The notes below the pieces were generated by a model. That model saw only the letters and a program-made list of their open reading frames with translations. It ran no database searches and was not told where the DNA came from. Of a DNA stretch of 64,000 bases, positions 58,811-64,000 are shown in pieces. The stretch is taken from the IMG/VR virus record IMGVR_UViG_3300033148_006706, positions 1 through 64,000 of that record; one strand, 5' to 3'. Positions within the stretch are counted from its first letter, which is position 1; each line of letters opens with the position of its first letter. This stretch comes from a virus. Position numbers and translations under genes: made by a program.

Positions 58811-61122
58811 GTGATAGTATACCAATTTTAACAAGAAGAGAAGATACTCAAAATTTAGGTACAGAGATAGAGAAGCATCTTTTTGATATATCAGATTCTT
58901 TAGGTAGAGTGAAGGAAAGATTTATACAGCAACAGGAGAGAACAGGAATTATTGTAAAAAATGTTCTAGGCAATATAACAGATAACTTATTTAAAAAAAG
59001 AGAGAAAAAATATGAGATAGTGCCTCCGAATGAAGGACAACTTAAAAAAATGGGGGTCGAGGGCGCCAGTGCTGTATATTTAGGAGAAAAACTAGATGAA
59101 ATAATAAAAGAAGATAAAAAAGAAGAAAGAAGAAAAGATGGAAAGGGACTTTTTACTGGTTTGGGTTTGGGGGCTACTGGGATAGGAGCAGTAGCGGCTA
59201 GATTATTTCCTAGTTTAATGAAAGTTCTCCCTTTAGCTGCAATTGCTGGAGGTATAATTTGGATGGTGGTTGATGGTATTAAAGCTTCAATAAAGGCTGA
59301 AGAATGGGGTGTTAGCAAAATATCCGCTATCCTTGGTGGTGTATTAGGAGGAACGGGTAAAGGATTAGAAAATGCATTTAAAAATGCGGGGAAATTTGCA
59401 TTGCTAGGCGCAGGTATAGGTACACTGATAGCCCCCGGATTAGGTACTATAGCTGGAGGGATTTTAGGCGCTGCTATAGGAGGGATTCTAGGTTTTATAG
59501 GTGGAGAAAAGATAGCTCAAAGCATTGAGAAAATAAAAGAAATAGGCGGCAATGTGTGGGAAAAAGCTAAAGAAATACTCCCCACTCTAATTGATAATAT
59601 ATTTGGTGGCTTAATCGATAGAATTAAAGAAAAAATAGGTTCAATTAAGGAAATATGGAAGGGCGACGACTCAATTGGAAGTAAAATAGGAGAAACCATA
59701 GGACATATTGTAACTTTTGTTCCCGGGGTTATATGGAAGTGGATCTTAGAAGATATTTGGCCTCCTATATGGGAAAAAATAAATGAGTATAAAGATGAGC
59801 TTTTAGGAATAATTATTTCTCCTTTTACAGGAGCCTGGGAGGCAATTCTAGGATGGAGGGAAAGATTTGGGAAAATTTGGAAAGACGAAGATAAAACTAT
59901 TTGGACTAAAATAAAAGAAAGTGCTTTAAATTATATTTCATTTATTCCTCAAATTTTAGGAGGGTTCTTTGGAGGATTGTTTACTTCAGTAAGAAATTTC
60001 TTTAAAAAAGTCTTTGGAAAAGAAGAAGACATAATGAGTGAAAAGGAACAACGTGAAACTTCTAAGGAAACCGGTTCAATGATATTCGATTTATTTAAAA
60101 TTATCACGGGTTTTTTAGGAGATATATTCAAAGGATTTCTTTCGGGTATAAGAAGCGGATTGGGATTAGATAAGGGCTGGTTCCAAGAAAAGATAATTAA
60201 TCCCATAGTACAAACTATTGGGAACTTAATTTCTAAAGCTATAGAAATAAAGGAGAAAGCGGAAAAGTGGATAAAAGATCATATTACTGGGCCTATAGGT
60301 AATTTCTTCGGGGGAATAGGGAAAAGAATTTCAATTTTAATACATGGGGGAACAATAGAAGGAGAAGAATATGAAGGAGTTGTTAACTGGGTAAAAACAC
60401 GGTTTGCAGATCCCATAGTTAAATTTTTTAATAATTTAAAGGATAAAGTCGATGAATATAAAACCAAGATATCAGACTGGGTAACTACGTATATTATTAA
60501 CCCCGTGAAGAATTTTTTCAATATAATAGGTGAATTTTTAGCTAAGGCGCAATTAACTGGTGCTAAGTTTGCCCATCCACTCCAGTTTGGTAAAATAGGA
60601 AGAAACATAGAACAACTCCTGGGGCTAGGTTTAACACATTCACAAATACTTAAATTAACAAGTGCAATAGAAGGCGATATACCCACATCGCTTAAACAAA
60701 TTGTCTCTGAATTACAAAGGTGGTATGGTGTAGAGGCGAAGAGAAGCTACCTTCAAAGAAAATATGGAATAGAAGTAAAAGAAACAGAAAACGCTCAAGA
60801 TGTTATTATTACTCCAGAAGGTAAGCTAATCAGAACTCATCCAGACGATACGCTTATAGCTACTAAAAATCCAGTAGTAAACGTCGATTCTGAATTTGAT
60901 AAAGAAATTTCTAGTGATATTAGAAAATTGGAAAGAGAAACATCTTCTACAATAATAGAACAAAATAATAAGATAATAGATTTGCTTTCCACAATAGCCG
61001 AAAGAACAATAGGAGAACAAAATAATAATGTATTGATTGATAGTAGAGGCGGAGTAGGCAGTGAATTTGATCCATTCTCTTCAATGCAAATTTTTAAAAA
61101 GGGGTTAGCTTATGGCGTATAG
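58807..61122 (+). CDS. Tape measure protein
   Basis: Gly/Ala-rich hydrophobic segments, W/F periodic amphipathic repeats, position. Confidence 0.8.
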   Translation: MSDSIPILTRREDTQNLGTEIEKHLFDISDSLGRVKERFIQQQERTGIIVKNVLGNITDNLFKKREKKYEIVPPNEGQLKKMGVEGASAVYLGEKLDEIIKEDKKEERRKDGKGLFTGLGLGATGIGAVAARLFPSLMKVLPLAAIAGGIIWMVVDGIKASIKAEEWGVSKISAILGGVLGGTGKGLENAFKNAGKFALLGAGIGTLIAPGLGTIAGGILGAAIGGILGFIGGEKIAQSIEKIKEIGGNVWEKAKEILPTLIDNIFGGLIDRIKEKIGSIKEIWKGDDSIGSKIGETIGHIVTFVPGVIWKWILEDIWPPIWEKINEYKDELLGIIISPFTGAWEAILGWRERFGKIWKDEDKTIWTKIKESALNYISFIPQILGGFFGGLFTSVRNFFKKVFGKEEDIMSEKEQRETSKETGSMIFDLFKIITGFLGDIFKGFLSGIRSGLGLDKGWFQEKIINPIVQTIGNLISKAIEIKEKAEKWIKDHITGPIGNFFGGIGKRISILIHGGTIEGEEYEGVVNWVKTRFADPIVKFFNNLKDKVDEYKTKISDWVTTYIINPVKNFFNIIGEFLAKAQLTGAKFAHPLQFGKIGRNIEQLLGLGLTHSQILKLTSAIEGDIPTSLKQIVSELQRWYGVEAKRSYLQRKYGIEVKETENAQDVIITPEGKLIRTHPDDTLIATKNPVVNVDSEFDKEISSDIRKLERETSSTIIEQNNKIIDLLSTIAERTIGEQNNNVLIDSRGGVGSEFDPFSSMQIFKKGLAYGV

Positions 61123-61861
61123 AATAAAAATACCCGAGGGAAAAAAAGTAACTATAAATAAAAATGGAGAACCTTTACTTCCTAATACTCCACTTATCTT
61201 AGACGATGACGTAACCATTTCATTATCATCTTCTTTTTCTCCATTTTTAGGAGCTTTATTTTCATCTCCATCTACTAAAACAGCAAAAATAATTAGTTCA
61301 TTAGGCGCAATTATAGCTAGAAAATTTGGAGAAGAAAGGGGAGTGTCAACTCAATTAAAACAATTTGGAATTCAAACTTGGGACTCCACTGATCCTATAT
61401 CTTTAAATTTAACTTTTTCTTTTTTTAGAGGATTAAGAGGGCTTTATGATGCTAAGAAGGAAGTATACGACCCGATTATGACTTTATGTGAGTTGCCCTT
61501 GCCTTCCTTGGGTGTCTTAGATAGTGTATTAACCGCTCCTGGTCCAACTGGTGCAGAAGCAGTAGAAGAGGTGGCTTCTTTATTGAGTGAAGAGGCTAAG
61601 GCAGCGTTATCCGACCTTACAAATTATTATTCTATAAGAATAGGAAATATAATCTCGATTTCAGGAATAGTTATACTTAAAGCAGAGCCCACTTTTACAA
61701 GCGAATGTGATGAAAGGGGATATCCCATTTGGGGGCAGATAAACTTAGATATAAATTCAATAGAAACCGCTACTGTAGATTTATTAAGAGAAGGCGCTTC
61801 TCCTGTAGATAAGATCTCTCCCGAACCAAAGTATACGCCTCCGCCTTTAAGCGGGCCTTAA
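61112..61861 (+). CDS. Baseplate/tube-initiator protein (gp48-like)
   Basis: W..TDP.S..L.F, IRIG, GYPI; position. Confidence 0.5.
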   Translation: MAYRIKIPEGKKVTINKNGEPLLPNTPLILDDDVTISLSSSFSPFLGALFSSPSTKTAKIISSLGAIIARKFGEERGVSTQLKQFGIQTWDSTDPISLNLTFSFFRGLRGLYDAKKEVYDPIMTLCELPLPSLGVLDSVLTAPGPTGAEAVEEVASLLSEEAKAALSDLTNYYSIRIGNIISISGIVILKAEPTFTSECDERGYPIWGQINLDINSIETATVDLLREGASPVDKISPEPKYTPPPLSGP

Positions 61862-61885
61862 TCTTTAGAGGAGGGCAATTTAGTA

Positions 61886-62197
61886 ATGTTAACACGTTAT
61901 TCCTTTATGAAAAGCTCAAATACTTTAGCTTCGGATGGTACTTATTATCCCGATCCCTTAACTTTCTCTACTCAAAAATTTAGATTTACTGAATACGGTG
62001 TAGATTATTCTTTAATTGATATTGATATATCCAGATTTGATATATTAATAAGCAAAGTTTATAATAATCAAAGATACAAAGATTTAATACTCGATATTAA
62101 TAATATCGATTATATTTGGAATCAAGAAATAGGACGAACAATAATTTTTCCTACTAAATCTGATTTAGAAAGGTTTATCGAAGATTTTATAGAATAA
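61886..62197 (+). CDS. Baseplate wedge protein (gp53/LysM-like)
   Basis: RFDILISKVY...LILDINNI..G..I.FP. Confidence 0.65.
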   Translation: MLTRYSFMKSSNTLASDGTYYPDPLTFSTQKFRFTEYGVDYSLIDIDISRFDILISKVYNNQRYKDLILDINNIDYIWNQEIGRTIIFPTKSDLERFIEDFIE

Positions 62198-63381
62198 TGA
62201 AATACTACGGATATAATATAAAATTAAAAATTAATAAGAGCGTTGATCTCGATGATCCTAGTCTTTACTCTTTTTCTCTTACAGATAGTATCTTCAACTT
62301 ACTTAATTTCGGCACTATATCGTTCTATGATATAGGCGGACATTTTAGAGAATTTCTAATATTGGAAAACGGCAATGAAGTAAATGTAACTTTTGGTAGA
62401 GGGGAGACAATTAATAAATGTAATTATAATATAAAAAGTAACAGTATAGATAGAACAGAGAGTACAAATAGTATAACAGGAGAAATAAAAACAAAAGTAG
62501 AACATGCTTGGGGATCAGCAGATGAAAAAATAAAAAGCATTGCTTACGATGATACGATATCTAATATAATTTTAAAACTTGCGAATAGCTATCAATTTAA
62601 AAATAAAGATATTACTACAACTCACGATAGAGATATTTGGTATCAACCTTTATTAAATGATATTGATTTTATACAACAACAGTTATTGCCTAATGTGTAT
62701 TCAACTTCAAGTAGCGATACTCCTTTATTTTGTTATACCACATACGATAACAATATTCACCTTATTAGCGCAAAAGAAATGTTTGACAAAAAACCAGTAA
62801 AAGAATTGTTTTTTACTCCTGCATCTTATAAAGAATTTGAAAGCATGATATTTGTTTTAAAACACTGGACTGTTAATTCTGATGATTATGATAATTTGTT
62901 GAATCAAACCATTACTTATATAGATAAAGAGAGCGGTAGTATAATAGAAAAAACAGATAAATTTAAAGATCATTTAATAAATAAAAGCGGTAAGTTATTT
63001 CACATAGGAGATGATAATCAAGCTAAAGGATACGAAAAATTCTTATATAAAGAAAAAGGGCAAAGAGAAAATATCTATAAAGGACAAATTATTAATAAAT
63101 TAAAAAAGAATTATTTTATAAATGAGTTGATGATTACCTGCCCCTATGATCCTAATTTAAAAGCAGGAGAAACGATAAAGTTAAATATTTTTTTATCTGG
63201 GGAGGGAAAGAATCCTGTAAGATCAAAAAGACTCAGTGGAAAATATATAATTGAAGCTAGCGAACAGATATGGAGTGCACAATTAAAGAAAGCTTTTTCT
63301 AAATTGCTTATTGGAGTACCCTCTAGCGGTACCGATCCTAATATTCCTAGTGATTATAGATATAAAGAACTTTTGGTATAA
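62197..63381 (+). CDS. Baseplate hub protein (gp27-like)
   Basis: Q....D..FI, L.AGETI, SGKYII; position. Confidence 0.65.
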   Translation: MKYYGYNIKLKINKSVDLDDPSLYSFSLTDSIFNLLNFGTISFYDIGGHFREFLILENGNEVNVTFGRGETINKCNYNIKSNSIDRTESTNSITGEIKTKVEHAWGSADEKIKSIAYDDTISNIILKLANSYQFKNKDITTTHDRDIWYQPLLNDIDFIQQQLLPNVYSTSSSDTPLFCYTTYDNNIHLISAKEMFDKKPVKELFFTPASYKEFESMIFVLKHWTVNSDDYDNLLNQTITYIDKESGSIIEKTDKFKDHLINKSGKLFHIGDDNQAKGYEKFLYKEKGQRENIYKGQIINKLKKNYFINELMITCPYDPNLKAGETIKLNIFLSGEGKNPVRSKRLSGKYIIEASEQIWSAQLKKAFSKLLIGVPSSGTDPNIPSDYRYKELLV

Positions 63382-63385
63382 AACT

Positions 63386-64000
63386 ATGTACAATATAAGA
63401 TTATACTACGGAAAAGTAGAAGAGAATAACGACCCTGATAAAGAATCAAAAATACAGGTACGATTATTACCTGAGATGAAAGATGTAGCAAAGTCTGATT
63501 TGCCCTGGGTACGTCCTTTTCTAGTAGAGAATATGACGGAGGAGGCAACATCTCATTGTCCTTTAGAAGAAGGTAGTACAGTTTGGGTATTCTTTTTAGA
63601 CGAGTACTTTAAATATGGCTTTTACATTAAAGCAACTTTTTTAGATGATTTATTTGATTATGACTCTGTAAAAAGCGATATTGATTCTATAAGTGATTTA
63701 GACTCTCAATCCTATCCTCAACCGAAGTTTACAAGATATAAAGACGGAACTATAGTATTTCACAATTCTGAGACAGGGGAGACAGGAATTTATCATAAAA
63801 GCGGTTCTTATAATGTAATCGATAAAGATGGAAATGTTTTTTCTTATTCAACCGGAGATATTAAAATTTATAATGATAATGGCTCAATCACAATAGATTC
63901 TAACGGGGAGATAGAATTAAATAATTCAAATACTTCTACCTTTACTGTTAAGAATGGAAGTTTTGAATTTGATGGCAATGCAAAAAGTTTAGTTAAATAT
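63386..64000 (+). CDS. Baseplate spike, gp5/VgrG-like N-terminal OB-fold (runs off the window end)
   Basis: YYGKVEENNDPDKESKIQVRLLP...LPWVRP...P..GSTVWVFF, later HKSGS. Confidence 0.85.
   Translation, partial: MYNIRLYYGKVEENNDPDKESKIQVRLLPEMKDVAKSDLPWVRPFLVENMTEEATSHCPLEEGSTVWVFFLDEYFKYGFYIKATFLDDLFDYDSVKSDIDSISDLDSQSYPQPKFTRYKDGTIVFHNSETGETGIYHKSGSYNVIDKDGNVFSYSTGDIKIYNDNGSITIDSNGEIELNNSNTSTFTVKNGSFEFDGNAKSLVKY

Noticed and set aside
913-61020. Minus-strand ORFs outside the repeats (e.g. 913..1158, 6901..7200, 58848..59318, 60279..60686)
   Set aside because: All lie antisense to well-supported + strand genes and have shadow-ORF composition.

Overview
A 64 kb, AT-rich segment of a large myovirus distantly related to T4. 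Almost every real gene is on the + strand. From left to right it carries: tandem Dam-like methyltransferases; an RNA-repair set (Rnl2, PNK/phosphatase, Rnl1); SbcC/SbcD-like recombination nuclease subunits; the terminase large subunit; DnaC-like and DnaB-like proteins; the head module (portal, protease/scaffold, major capsid protein); about 26 kb of accessory genes; and the tail/baseplate module (sheath, tube, chaperone, tape measure, hub, gp5-like spike). Four observations stand out. (1) Thirteen genes, mostly in two tandem arrays, share a G-x-W-x-x pentapeptide-repeat tract (about 15-54 units) and a conserved C-terminal cap, fused to four different N-terminal domains. They show signs of ongoing recombinational shuffling and sit in putative late operons. 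(2) A 112-nt mini-tmRNA has an intact Ala tRNA-like domain but no recognisable mRNA-like domain. (3) A ~28-aa 'LxKGDKI' module recurs in six unrelated proteins. (4) There are two candidate recoding sites and a phage late-promoter motif TACTAATAT (15 exact copies found by eye). All functional calls come from recognising motifs by eye; no database searches were run.
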